DNA from: Narcine bancroftii
Lineage: Eukaryota
Direction: 5' to 3'
NCBI RefSeq assembly: GCF_036971445.1
Contig: NC_091470.1
Coordinates: forward strand, 209,560,001-209,624,000
DNA: 64,000 bases
In this document: piece by piece, positions 23,901-36,149 of the stretch
Layout: each line of letters begins with the position of its first letter
Numbering within the stretch: position 1 is the stretch's first letter
The notes under the pieces: generated by a model
What the model was told of the DNA's origin: nothing
Database searches by the model: none
What the model saw: the letters and a program-made list of their open reading frames with translations, nothing else
Program-made: the position numbers and the translations under genes

Positions 23901-25612
23901 TCTCATTCCAACCCCTCATCTCATTCCGTGAGCATAGTTTTCTCGGCCACAAGGATCCGTACTGCAAGGAATTCCAAAGAAATCATTTTTTTCTTCTTTT
24001 GCTGGGAATCGATCTCCCAAGGTTTTATAGCCCAAGCTCTGATAATGAGTGGATGATGTGCACCAAAATTCTTATTTGCAGCAGCCAACATTTGAAGTTC
24101 CCTTTGTTCTGTAATAATACATAAAAATGTACATCAATTTCTGCCTGTCGTAAGGCAAACAGAGTTGCCATGATAATTGCCCGGCGCCTCTAACAGTGGG
24201 TGAGAGAAGCAGAAGACAATCCCTTCAGAGACCGAGTGTCTGTGGATTCACCTCCAACACTTCTGCAGCCGCATGGACTCCTGTTCGATCTGTCAGCCAC
24301 CTGAGCTCTGGATCTGAACCTCCGATGTGATCAGGAAGCCTCCAGCGCCCCGAGGCCCTTTCGAGCCTTTCTTGCCCTCGGCGTCCTCTCGATACTCGGT
24401 TCCCATGAGCCGGTCTCCAGCAGCCCGTGAGGCCATGTGGACCTCTCATTGGTCCGTCGCAGTCCTGTAGGGTCATCTCCTCTGCTGTTCCTCTACTGGG
24501 GTTGGGGGTGGGGTGATGTTCACCTCTGCTTCCTCCCCCCCCCAACCAACCCCCAAGAGTCTGCAACCCCTCGTGAAATGCTGCCCAGCACAGGCACTGC
24601 CATTTTGGGTACTGACCCTGCTCTCAAAGGGTTTGAAAACAAACACCATTGAACAAGTTTATATGGGAAATAAACTCCTGCAGGAACAACCGAAAATAAC
24701 TAATAGAATGTTTGATTGAATTAAGAGGCCATTCACTAGGTGATGGAAGGCATGGTCAGCCCAGCGCTGTTAGTGCCAGGAACTGGGGTTCGAATCCCGC
24801 GCTGTCTACATTCTCCCTGTGTTTGCTTGGGTTTTCTCTGGGGGCTTTGGTTCCTCCCACCGTTCGAACAGTACAAGGGGTTGTAGGTTACTGGGCGGTA
24901 GGGCCTCGTGTATCCTTAAAATAAAATAAAAGTGCAAAACAAGTTATTTAGCAATAGTGCAGACAGTCCTTTAGTGAAGTCAGTCATCCCTGGTTCATGT
25001 AACCAAGAGCCTGATGGATGTTGTGAAGAACCTAGAGGTGGAGGTACCTTCTGCCCAGAGGGAGCAGTGAGAAGAGGTTGTGACCAGGGGGTGGGGATCC
25101 TTGACGGCATCTGATGCCTTCCTGAGGTAGTGCCTCGCGCTGATGTCTGCAGTTGACGGGAGGTCGGAGACTGCGATGGACTGGCTGGGTTTGCAGTCTT
25201 CCATGTTCCTGGGCACCCAAAGTCCCAGAGCAGGCTGCGATGAGGTCATTCGGTGTGCCTTCCACAGTGCCCCTGTCGAGGTTTAATGGTGTACCTGACA
25301 AGGTGCCAGATCTCTTTTGGAAAGCAGAGGTGTTGCCATGCCCTGTACTGGCTCTGAGAGGGTGTGAGAAATCTGGGCTCCAAGGGCCTTGAAGGCCTTT
25401 CTGCCACCATCCCACCAGTGCGGACAGATGTGTGGTTCTCTCAGCCTCTCCTTCCTGATGCAATAAAACCTCTTGTATGCATCGCGTAATGGGATTATTA
25501 GATGCCGGATAAGTGTATTTTCCATTTGCTTGATCCTGGCTCTTACAATGCCCGATAATGCATCTGCATTAAGAATTAACACTGTACTTACACTGAATAA
25601 ATGTTGCCTGCA

Positions 25613-25652
<40 letters not shown>

Positions 25653-26704
25653 TTAAAGCATTTCACTTTATTTGAAAATGTTTAACTGTCGCTGCTGATG
25701 CACCATCAAAGATTAGAAGTTGTGTCAAAACTGATAGGCTTTTATTAACAACAGAATGGAGGCCCATCCGTGCTTGTCGACTGTCCTGGACTGAGGAGGG
25801 TCTGTGGAATAGTCACCCTTTATTTGTGGTCTGTGGGATGAGCCATAAGCGCAGTCAGTCCAGATGAACTGTAACAAATACTAACTCAGCCAAAATGCAT
25901 ACCTTCGTTTTGGGAGTTTGCTGGGTTGAAGTGAATTAAATGTTCCTTATAAATTGGTCTGGTCGGCTGCTGCAGCTGTTGTAGTACCAGCTGAGGAGGC
26001 ATCCATGTTTTGGAGGGCCACCTCGAGTGGGTCTGCTAGTTTGTCTGCCTTTAAGTTGAGCTCGCCTGCTCCAACAGTCTCTGGCGGATCTGAAGCCCAT
26101 GACGTGGGTGTCTCTGACTGGGTTCACTGCGGCCGTCGAGGCCTTGCAGCCGCAGGCCCGTCCAAGAGCTCACTGGGCCCAAAAGTACTTGGCGCTAGAT
26201 TTTCCCCGGGTCGCTGCATCTGAAGGTTCCTCCCCTTGACGGAACTGCCCAAAAGGTGAACAGTAACATTACAGATTACCCCCTCCCCCACCCAACTTTA
26301 CAGATAAAGTCTCTGCCCGCGGTGACTCTTACTCAGCGGGAGAAGGAGACACTTTGAGAGGCCCTCCCTTCCCCCAATGACAAGCGGAATCATCCAGCAC
26401 GACGTCATTGCTGTCTCACACCACAGCTGCTGCTACGAGCAAAGCCTGACCAAGGCTGGAAATCCACTGGCTGGATATTTACTCTCAAAAGTTCATGTTA
26501 CTTCAGAGAACTTTACAATTTTAAATGTGTGTTTTTTAACCTATTATTTTCTTTTTTTTAATTTTAAAATTTATTTTCAACTTGTTTTTTACTGGATGCT
26601 TGAATTCTGGACACCCAGGGTTTTACTGTATCAACAGCAATCTCCTGATGACAATTACGCAATTCTAAAACTAATACCAGCATTCTTTTAAAACTTGTAT
26701 AGTT

Positions 26705-26940
26705 CTGGCATCGTAGTGGTGTAGGGGAGAGCAATGCTGTTTCAGCGCCAATGACTTGGTTCGAGTCCCATGCTGTCTGTGAAGAGTTTGTACATTTCCC
26801 CCCGTGTCTGCGTGGGTTTTCCCCAGGGCAGTCCAGTTTTCTCCCACTGTTCAAAACTTACCGGGGGGGGGGGGGGGGGGGGGGGGGTGTAGGTTAATGG
26901 CGTGTAATTGGGCGGCATGGGTTTGTGGGCCAGAAGGGCC
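26705..26940 (+). mobile_element. tRNA-derived SINE (V-SINE/HE1-like)
   Basis: A-box-like tagtggtgtagg, B-box ggttcgagtccc, core gagtttgtacatttcccccgtgtctgcgtgggtttt. Confidence 0.7.
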
Positions 26941-26950
26941 TAATCTAAAA

Positions 26951-27294
26951 GTGTGGTTCTCAACCTTTTTCCTCCCACTCACATCCCACTTTAAGTAATC
27001 CCTAGGCCATCGTGTTCTGTGATTAGTAAGGGATTGCTTAAGGTGGGATGTGAGTGGGAAGGGAAGGTTGAGAACCACAGGTCTTGACCCAATTGTTATA
27101 TTTTGCTTGAAAAATTGTCATTGGCCCATTTCCTTTGGAGTTCTGAAATGGTGCACATAATGAGTCAATTAGAGACAATTAAGACAAGCCTTTCTTTCCA
27201 CTCTCATCCCACCTTGAGCAAATCCAGAGTACCGATGGCCAGGGGATTACTTAAAGTGGGATGTGAGGGGGAAGAAAAAGGTAGAGAACCTCTG
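26951..27294. mobile_element. hAT-type MITE built of two palindromic arms
   Basis: Ends gtgtggttctcaaccttttt / aaaaaggtagagaacctctg; near-identical 8-bp TSD atctaaaa/atgtaaaa. Confidence 0.75.
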
Positions 27295-28298
27295 ATGTAA
27301 AATTTAAATCTCCACTGACAGCCCAAAGTCTGACTTTGCTCCTGGTTCGAGCAATGGCCTGTGTCTGCTCTGAGGCCAGACCCCGATGGACCACACAAAA
27401 TATCGCACAAGTTCCACGAGGCAGAAAGGAATGGTTTGCTGCTCTTCTTCCCTGCTCCATGGATGGTGCTGTGTGTTTCGAGCAGTTTCTGTTTTCCATT
27501 AGCTGTTCGTGAGTAGGCCTATATTTTACCTCCGTGAGACCGAACTGTTCCAATGTGCAAGAATGGGGCGTCCTGGTGCCTGAGGTACACGAGGCTGGTG
27601 TGCACGTTTGAGTAAAAGGATTTGTTTACATGTGGATGCTGTATACAGTTTAATTTTGAGTGGGGGAAAATTTATCGTGGGGTTGTGTGTACTCTGACCA
27701 CTAATCTGAAAGTTTATCACTCAGAAAGAAAAAGTCATTGTGATGGCTCCATTTGTTCATGGTGATGGTGAAGCTGATCAGACCAATGGTTGATCTCCAC
27801 AAGGATGTTGATAAGAAAATGGAAGGTGTTCACAGGGAGTCCATGGGTCCCTGCCAATGGAGTCATTGATCTTGGTGGTGGGGGAAGAGAGGAGAGGAGA
27901 AATCTTAACTTTTCCACAGTAAAAAGTTCTGCAAGTTCTGCTCGCTTTCAGTTTCAACTGCTTGTGATGGTGGAAATCTGTTTTGCATGCTATCCAGACA
28001 GGTGAACCCGTATGGCAGGTGGAGCTGAATGTAGTGTGGCAGAGAAAAATGCAAATAAAACTATGCTCTGTCTGCACAGAGGTAGTTCGGTGGGAATGTC
28101 CATTGCACAAAGGCATTCTGGGAGTGCATGATGGGATGGTATGGAGGGAGTTTCACTCTTTCTGGCCCTGGGGCAATTTTGTACTGTCCACTCTGTCCCC
28201 CACAATGATCAGAGTAGTGACCACAGGCCACACATCCCCATGGCTGGGCAAATCACCCTCGACTTCCTCCAGCAGTGTTGACCATCTGCTCCCCACAG

Positions 28299-28486
28299 GG
28301 TGACCCGTCAGTGACGGGAGAGGCAGTGGAAAGCTCCGGTGAGCAGCAGGACGACTCAAGCAAGCCGGCTCCTGGCCAACAGCATGTGCCCAGCCAGCAG
28401 CGCAGCCTCTCCACTCCGTACTTCTACCGCATCGCTGTCAGCGTCGGCCTCAGGCTACGGCGCAAGGAGCTGGATCGGCAGCCAGT
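28299..28486 (+). CDS. YBX2: YBX2 exon 6 (188 nt as assembled; apparent 1-nt deletion near 28430)
   Basis: cag|GDPSVTGE...STPYFYR, then shifted frame HRCQRRPQATAQGAGSAAS|gtgagt; PYFYR parallels YBX2 PFFYRRR. Confidence 0.7.
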
Positions 28487-29009
28487 GTGAGTCGCTCCTT
28501 CTGGTTGGGTTGCTGGAGTGTCACCAGGAAGCCCTGGTGTCAGTTGCTGCTGCCTTGGACCCTCTTTTCACCCTTCGTGTTCCACAGAGGGAGGGGCTGG
28601 TGACCATCTCGCACGCATCACCCATAGTTACGGGCTTGTCGTCCACTGATGTTGGTTCCTCTGTCTTACCTCCACACAATCGTTTCTGTTGGAGGGTTTG
28701 TGGCTGTCAACAGGCGTGTAACTTGACTGTCCATGTAGGTGGTATTTTGGAATCAGGGCTAGCATGCTTTCAATGGGACAGAGTAGCCTCTTTTCTGCAC
28801 TGTTTGTCTTTGTAAAGTAACAGCGCAGACCCTTTTGCCCGTGGTGTTGTACTGACCCACTCCCCTTGTCATTGTAACCCTCCCCTCCACTTACAAACTG
28901 GCTAAAAACAGAAAATGGCCAAAAGGCTGATTGGCTGGGGTAGAATCTGCAGGATGAGAATGTTTGGGAATGAGAAATCTTATTTTTGTTTCAGAGTTTT
29001 CAACTTGTA

Positions 29010-29620
29010 ATACCTGAGTCTTAAATACCCCTAATGTTCCAGCCTCCACCAACACCCCGGCGAGGCATTCCAGGCCCCCACACTCTTTATGTAAAACAAA
29101 TTTCCCTGTCGTCTCTCCTAAACTCCCCACCACCCCCCCCGCCCCACTTTACTTTTTACAGACGCCCTCTGGTGTCTGCTATTCCGCCCTGGGAAACAGG
29201 CACTGTCACCCTGTTTCTGCCTCTCAGAATCTTGTCGACCTCTATCAAATCTCCTCTCCCCTTTTCTTCAAAGAGGAAAGTCCCAGCTCTGCTAACTTTG
29301 CTTCATAAGACTTGTTTCCAAATCCAGGCAACATCCTGGTGAATCTCCTCTGCCCCCTCTCCACAGCTTCCACACCCTTCCTGTAATGAGGTGACCAATG
29401 TTCCAAGTGTGGGTCTCACCAGAGATTTGTAGAGTTGCAACGCGACCTCCCGGCTCTTGAACTCAATCCCCCGACTAATGAAGTCCAGTGTCCATCGGCC
29501 TTCTTAAGCATCTTATCAACTTTGAGGGAAATAAGGATTTGGATCCTAAGAACCTCTGTTCCTCCACACAGTGAAGTGTCCAACCACTAACCCTGAACTC
29601 AGCCGTCTGGGTTGATCTTC
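29010..29620 (-). mobile_element. CR1-type LINE fragment
   Basis: Homologous to other CR1 3' copies in the window. Confidence 0.7.
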
Positions 29621-29985
29621 TCAAAGGCAAGTGTAAGCAAATTTATTTCTGAACTTTATTTAAATGAATCCAACCAATCTCGGTCCCAAAGTTTGGTGGA
29701 TCAGTCTCTCTCCAGTTTTCTCGAGCTAACAGATATCCTTCACTTTCGGTGTCTCCCTGGAACTGCTCTTGTTTGGCATGGGTGGGGGGGGGGAAGAGAG
29801 GGAGTGAGGAGCCAGATTCTTTGGATTTGAAGGGGGGAGTTGGGGGAGGCATTGAAAATCGCTAGGATTTTGGGAGTTGGTGACTTCAGCCTGGAGTTGG
29901 ACAGGGGTGGGGATGAAGAGTTAGTGCCTCTGTCTCTTTCCTGTAAAAAGCCTTCCTTCCTTCTTCTCCCCACCCCCCCCCCCAG

Positions 29986-30095
29986 GGAGAGGAGGCACTG
30001 GAGAACCGGGAGACCGCCCCACCGTCCAGAGATCAGCCACAGCAGTCGACGCAGCGAGTAGCAGGAGGCGTGAGGTACAGGCCTCAATTCCGCAG
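29986..30095 (+). CDS. YBX2: YBX2 exon 7 (110 nt)
   Basis: cag|GEEALENRETAPPSRDQPQQSTQRVAGGVRYRPQFR.|gtaatc; phase 0 to 2 as in Y-box genes. Confidence 0.85.
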
Positions 30096-30957
30096 GTAAT
30101 CTGTGGGCTGCCGCGAACCGTGCCATGTTTCTTGCCTTGCTGTTCTCCAGCACCACTCACCAATTTCCAGCGTCCCCCCTTCCTAAGATCTCGGAGCAGA
30201 AGCCGGCCTTTTGAGCGCACCCCACCATTTGATCATGAACTGATCACTTGATGCCTTGACTAATCAAACTCCCACTGATCTCTGCCTTCAACACACCCAA
30301 CAACCTCACTTCCACAGACTCAACCCTCTGGCTAAAGAAATTTATCCGCATGTGTTTTAAATTGACCTTTTATCCTCTTGTTCAGGACTCCCTGACTGTG
30401 GGAAACGTCCTTGCCCACATCGACTCTGTCCAGGCCTTTCAGCATCCAAAACACCTCGATGAGATTCCTCTCATTGTCCTTCTGTCCTCCAACGTATACA
30501 GTCCAAGAGCTGACAATCGTTCCTAGCTTACAAACCCTTTCATTGCTGGAATCATTCTAGTAAACCTTTTCTTAACCCTCTTCAATCCCAGGATGTCCTT
30601 TCTCAAATATGGCCCCCAGAACTGCACCCTGTTCTCCACGCAGGGTTTCACCTGTGTCCCACAGGGCCTCAACATCACACCTCTGCTCTGATATCCCATC
30701 CCTCTAGATACAACATCAACACTGCATTCGCCTCCTTCACCACCGACTCAGCCTGGAGGTTCACTTTCAGAGTGTCCTGTACAACTCCTGTCCCTTTGTA
30801 CCTCAGAATTTTGAATTTTCTCCCCATCCAAATAATATTCTGCCTGTTGTGAAGTGAATGACCTGGTAGGGGGGATGGGACAAGGAAGGGGTGGGGAATG
30901 AAGAGCTTATGTTTGACCTCTCGCAGCCTCTCCTGCTCACCCCTCTCCTTAAACTAG

Positions 30958-31132
30958 GCGCCCGTTCCGCCCCCGGCTCCAGCAGGATGTCTCAGCCACC
31001 TCCCCCACCAACACCAAGAACCAGAACGTGAAGCCAGAACAGCCGCTGCCAGAACGCAAGCGTTACCGCCGACCCTTCTTCCGCCGCAGGGTGGTTGAGC
31101 CCACGGGGAACCAGGAGCCTGCTGACTTGCCA
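30958..31132 (+). CDS. YBX2: YBX2 exon 8 (175 nt)
   Basis: tag|.RPFRPRLQQ...ERKRYRRPFFRRRVVEPTGNQEPADLP|gtgagt; frame joins exon 7. Confidence 0.88.
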
Positions 31133-31381
31133 GTGAGTGTTCTCTGGACCAAGAAGACCCCCCACCACTGCCTTGCCCCCTCCCAGATCCCCCTTCCAGA
31201 TCCCCCTTCCCCCCCCCCCCCCCAATCTTCCCTGAAACGTTGGTTATGTATCTGTGCCGTGCGGCGGGAGTTTCTCCAGCCTGTTTTTCCGTGGTCCGGG
31301 GATCTGTTTTGTGTGAATATCTGTGTCATCGGATGATAATGAACAAGTTTTTAAAAATTCTTTTTATCTCCTCTCTCCAAG

Positions 31382-31606
31382 AAGCAGCAGAAACCCCAGT
31401 TGGCTGCTGACGCCACAGTCCCTACACCCCCTTCCAGTGAGGGGCCTGCGGAGACTGTCCCCAAGCCTGCCTTAAGCCCAGCTGCCATGCCTGAGGAGCA
31501 GCGGGTGCCCAAGGAGCAGTCATCCTCTCAGGAAGTGAGTGTCCCTGTGGTGATCCCCAGAGAGATGCTGTCTGTAACCGCCCAAGAGTCCCCAGCTGCT
31601 GGTGTG
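31382..31606 (+). CDS. YBX2: YBX2 exon 9; 3' end uncertain (donor after 31534 or 31606, or read-through to TAA at 31624)
   Basis: Pyrimidine tract plus AAG acceptor; in-frame KQQKPQLAADATVPTPPSSEGPAE...; next acceptor cag|TGA at 31672 supplies the stop. Confidence 0.65.
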
Positions 31607-32443
31607 GTAAGAACAATGGCTTAAATCTGGTTTTGAGCAACATTTTCCCTCTTGTTTCACACACCCCACAGTGAGGAAGGTTCTTCAGTGAGCTGTCTGA
31701 CCGATTATCTCAAACCTTCATCCAGCATGGTAACTAGCGATGAAATCAAACTTTGGAAGGTCAGACCTGAAGGCAGATTATGTGGTTAATCAGCGTGGAA
31801 GAATAGGGACGTTGGAGTCAGAATCCATACATTTCTCAAGGTCACTGCACATGTTGGTAGGATCAGTACAAAGGCCTGTGGGATGCTGGGCTTCGTTAGT
31901 CGGGGGATTGAGGTAAAGTTTATTGTCATCTGATTGTACAACCTGACGAAACAGTGTCCTCAGTGCAAAACATGCAGACACACACCCGGACATAACACAG
32001 ACAAGCAATACATATGCAGTGCAAGTATATAAGCTTATGAATGTGTTAATAAACGTGATTAAAATGTGCCTTTAAAAGGTCTGGATTGTGAGGGTTTAGT
32101 TTAGGTCATATTTCACAAACTGGCATTAACATTTCACAAAATACATCTCATTTGAAGTGCAAGAGCTTTGCCTAAGCAGAGACTTCATGTCTATGGTGAC
32201 TTTGAAACATGGTTGTGAATGGGACTGATGTTGTGGAATTAAAATGGACTATTGTCTTTAATCAGTTTCTGAGCCTGGAGGCCTGTTCCTTTAAATCTCT
32301 TGCCGGTTCCAGAGGAGTCATGTAGTTTTGCAAATGGGGAAAAAACAGCCTATTCTCTTTGGGGGGGGGGGGGGTTGGTGGTGGTGGTGAAGAGTTTCAG
32401 TTTTACAGCAGGAAAAGGTGTTGGAAACTGCATCTTTAGCAGA

Positions 32444-32543
32444 NNNNNNNNNNNNNNNNNNNNNNNNNNNNNNNNNNNNNNNNNNNNNNNNNNNNNNNNN
32501 NNNNNNNNNNNNNNNNNNNNNNNNNNNNNNNNNNNNNNNNNNN
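32444..32543. other. Assembly gap (100 N)
   Basis: Run of N. Confidence 1.
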
Positions 32544-33474
32544 AATTGTCATATCACCATTAACTTTACAAATGTCTTTAATTTGATGTTTGGCTGCTAA
32601 GGGTTTTAATTGATTAGCCAAAAGTTTACCCATTATATCTCCATGGATATAAAATTGACTTTTGATTATAAATGTGGGTATTAATTGGATACACGAAAAA
32701 AAGGTTGTATTTGGCATTAATTTCAATGCGTCATATATATAGAGCAGGATTTGGATCCAGATCTAATAGCTTCAGTTGGTTGGTGAGTTTTTCTCTTGAT
32801 TCGCCTTTCCTAATGTTTGCAGTATAGAAATGGTTTGTATCCTAATAAAAGCCTTAAAAGTGTCCCATACAATAAGACGAGAAGTCTCTTCCACAGTATT
32901 TTTTTCAAAAAAGAGTAATTTATTCCTCCAAAAACTGGAAAAATACCGTATCAGATAGCAAAGTTGAAATGAAATGCCAAATGACTGTTTATTTGAGAAA
33001 TACCAGGAAAATTTAAAGATAGTAACATAGGACCATGATCAGAAAAAAACTAATTATTTGCATTCATAAGAACAAGTTAATGGGATAATTTGACTGTCAA
33101 TAAAAAAGGTCAATCTGTAAATATGTACTATGAACAGAAGGAAAAAAACTAATATTCCCTGTCTATTGTATGAAAATAATTCCCAACATAAATAATACCA
33201 CATTCTAATAAAAAAAAGATTGAATGAACAAAGCCGGATGAACAAAGCTGGTTTAGAAGAATAATCTAGTCCGGGTCAAACCAGCAATTAAAGTCCCCCC
33301 ATCACTAATGAACAAAGACTTAAATCAGATAAGATTTAAAAAAAACATTCAAAAAGTCCAGGGTCATCCCTGGTGTGGATCTGCAGGTGGGTCTTTAGGA
33401 TAGAGGAATGATTGAATCCCTTATGACACTCGGGGCAGGTGAAGGGCAGCTAGCAGTGTGAACCTACTGGTGGG

Positions 33475-34896
33475 TCAGCATGTCCCATTATAGATTGAAC
33501 CCCTTATCGAACTCGGGGCAGGCGAAGGACCTCGCCCTGATATGGATCCGCCGGTTGGTCTTAAAGCTAGAGGAGTGGGTGAAGCCCTTACCACACTCAG
33601 GGAAGGTGAAGGGGCACACCCGGTGTGGATCTGCCGGTGGTTCTTCAGTCTAGATGAGTGGATGAAGCCCTTGCCGCACTCGAGGCAAGTGAAGGGCCAC
33701 TCACCAGTGTGAACAAGCCGGTGGGCCAGAAAGACTGACGATCGACTGAACCCCTTGCCACACTCAGAGCAGGTGTAGGGCCTCTCCCCAGTGTGGATCC
33801 GCTGGTGGGTCTTCAGGTTAGAGGATTGGGTGAAGCCCTTGCCACACTCAGGGCAGGTGAAGGGCCTCTCCCTGGTGTGCACGCACTGGTGAGACTTCAG
33901 GTTAGAGGACTGGGTGAAGCCCTTGCCACACTCGGGGCAGGTGAAAGGCCACTCCCTGGTATGGATCCGCCGGTGGGTCAGCATGTCCCCCGAATGACTG
34001 AATCCCTTGCCGCACTCAGAACACTTGAAGGGCCTCTCCCTGGAGTGGGTCCGCTGGTGGATAATCAGGTTTGAGGACTGGGCGAACCCCTTGCCACACT
34101 CCGGGCAGGTGAAGGGCCTCTCCCTTGTATGGATCCGCTGGTGGACCTTCAGGTTTGAGCGTTGATTGAACCCCTTGCCACACTCATGGCAAGTGAAGGG
34201 CCTCTCCCTGGAGTGGATCCGCCGGTGGGTCTTTAGGTCAGAGGACTGGGTGAAGCCCTTGCCGCACTCAGGGCAGGTGAAGTGCTTCTCTCCAGTGTGG
34301 ATCCGCTTGTGGTACTTCAGGTGAATGAACTGGGTGAAGCCCTTGCCGCACTCAGGGCAGGTGAAGGGCCACTCACCGGTGTGGACCCACTGGTGTGTCT
34401 TCAGGCTGGAGAACTGGGTGAACCTCTTGTCGCACTCAGGGCAAGAGAAAGGCCTCTCTCCGGTATGGATCCGCTGGTGGGTCTTCAGGCTGGAGGATTG
34501 GGTGAACCCCTTGCCGCATTCAGCGCAGGAGAAGGGCTTTTCCTTGGTGTGGATTCGCTGGTGGGACTTCAAGTTAGAGGACTGGATGAAGCCCTTGCCG
34601 CATTCAGAGCAGGTGAAGGGCCTCTCCCCGGTGTGGATTCGTTGGTGGGACTTCAGTTTAGAGGACAGGGTGAAGCCCTTGCCGCATTCAGGGCAAGTGA
34701 AGCGCCACTCACCAGTGTGAACCTGCTGGTGGTTCAGCAAGTCCCATGATCGACTGAACCCCTTGCCACACTCAGGGCAGGTGAAGGGTTTCTTGTTCAT
34801 GTGGAGACGCTGGTGGGTTAGTAGGTGGGAGGACTTGGTGAAGCCCTTCCCACATTCCGAGCAGGTGAATGGCCTCTCCCCGTTGTGGGCACTCAT
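33475..34896 (-). CDS. Tandem C2H2 zinc-finger protein A, 15 intact fingers followed by a frameshifted tail
   Basis: CxxCGKGFxxxxxLxxHxxxH repeats with TGERPF linkers; first ATG at 34896; acceptor ttttgcttcag at about 35048; out-of-frame degenerate fingers continue to about 33360. Confidence 0.9.
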   Translation of the reverse strand: MSAHNGERPFTCSECGKGFTKSSHLLTHQRLHMNKKPFTCPECGKGFSRSWDLLNHQQVHTGEWRFTCPECGKGFTLSSKLKSHQRIHTGERPFTCSECGKGFIQSSNLKSHQRIHTKEKPFSCAECGKGFTQSSSLKTHQRIHTGERPFSCPECDKRFTQFSSLKTHQWVHTGEWPFTCPECGKGFTQFIHLKYHKRIHTGEKHFTCPECGKGFTQSSDLKTHRRIHSRERPFTCHECGKGFNQRSNLKVHQRIHTRERPFTCPECGKGFAQSSNLIIHQRTHSRERPFKCSECGKGFSHSGDMLTHRRIHTREWPFTCPECGKGFTQSSNLKSHQCVHTRERPFTCPECGKGFTQSSNLKTHQRIHTGERPYTCSECGKGFSRSSVFLAHRLVHTGEWPFTCLECGKGFIHSSRLKNHRQIHTGCAPSPSLSVVRASPTPLALRPTGGSISGRGPSPAPSSIRGSIYNGTC

Positions 34897-36149
34897 TTTG
34901 GAAGGCAGAAATGTCCCTTGCACACACAGCAGGTGAGTGACCAGGCTTCGGTTAGGATGTGCTCACAATGCCCCAAATCATCTGTGGAAAGAACACTGTG
35001 TTTGCTCCAGATTCACCCAACTGCTTCTAGGTGATATCCAGCTAATCCTGAAGCAAAAATTTCAGTCTGGACGGAAAACTATTTTTCAAGCCTCAACAGC
35101 GATTGATAATTTTTAACAAAGAAATATTTGTTCACTCCTTCAGCGATGTGGTAAATAAATTATTTGGCTTCACCCCTGTTTAGTTCATCAAAGCTTCTCA
35201 GAGGATGTGCTTCACTTTCCCTCAGTGACTCTCTCTGCACAACTGGCCAAAATTCCTTACAGTCAGTGGTCCTTAGCACTCTTATTCAGGGTTATGAATC
35301 CCACTGTCTTGCTAGTCACACTGTGGCTTGTAGTCTCTTCTCAGAAATAAAACATGCAAGTATTGCCTCTTCGCTGACGTGACTGGTGCTAATGTTGTCT
35401 TGGATTCCCATCCACAACTCCTCAGCTTTTATCACCCTGCAAAACAAGTGTACCCACATCATTATTCAGAGAAAGGCGGCAAGGTAGAACAGGTCATTGT
35501 CATCAGCTATTGGCTGTATTCCCACCTCAGTCAGAAAGTTGAGACTTCATAGACGATAATTGAGCCAAGAAGTTCAATGAATCACAAAAGTAATGAGAAT
35601 TTTGCTAAGGGTCCCAACCTGAAATGTTGTCCTTGGATGTGACCTGACCTGACCTGACCCTGCAGCTTCCCATTGTTCACTCAAAATTCCAGCATCTGCA
35701 GTTTTTGTGTTCTTCTACAGTGGGGTTTTTTTTACTGAGAATTAAATTTAGTTCATTGTCTGTTTTTAATCTCAGTCCCAAATGAAACTGTTTCCTCAAC
35801 CATGTGGATGTCGGCAAGGTCTGGAAAGCCAATCAGCTCCAAATCCATCCACATGCATTTCTCAATTCACTCGGCTGACTGACAGGGAGAGTGCTACTGG
35901 CAAGTGGAACCAGTGGAGTTAAATGAGGAAGTCTGCAGTCACTGAGGTTGAATGTTACACACAAACCTGCTGGAGAAACTCAGCCGGTCATGCAGCATCC
36001 ATGGGAAATAAAGGAGAATTAATTTGTTGAAGGGCTCAGGGCCAAAACGATGGAAATAATCTTTTCCTCCTATGGACACGAGAAGAACGGCTGAGTTCCT
36101 CCAACATTTCTGTGTCTTTTTTTTTTCCACCATTTCCAGACTGGGCACT

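Noticed and set aside
25690-26520. Possible LTR/ERV remnant in YBX2 intron
   Set aside because: No clear termini, TSD or protein motif found by eye
26705-26775. tRNA gene
   Set aside because: tRNA-like head of a SINE; no complete cloverleaf
33793-34749. Plus-strand ORFs over the zinc-finger array (also 61807-62172)
   Set aside because: Typical antisense shadows of C2H2 repeats
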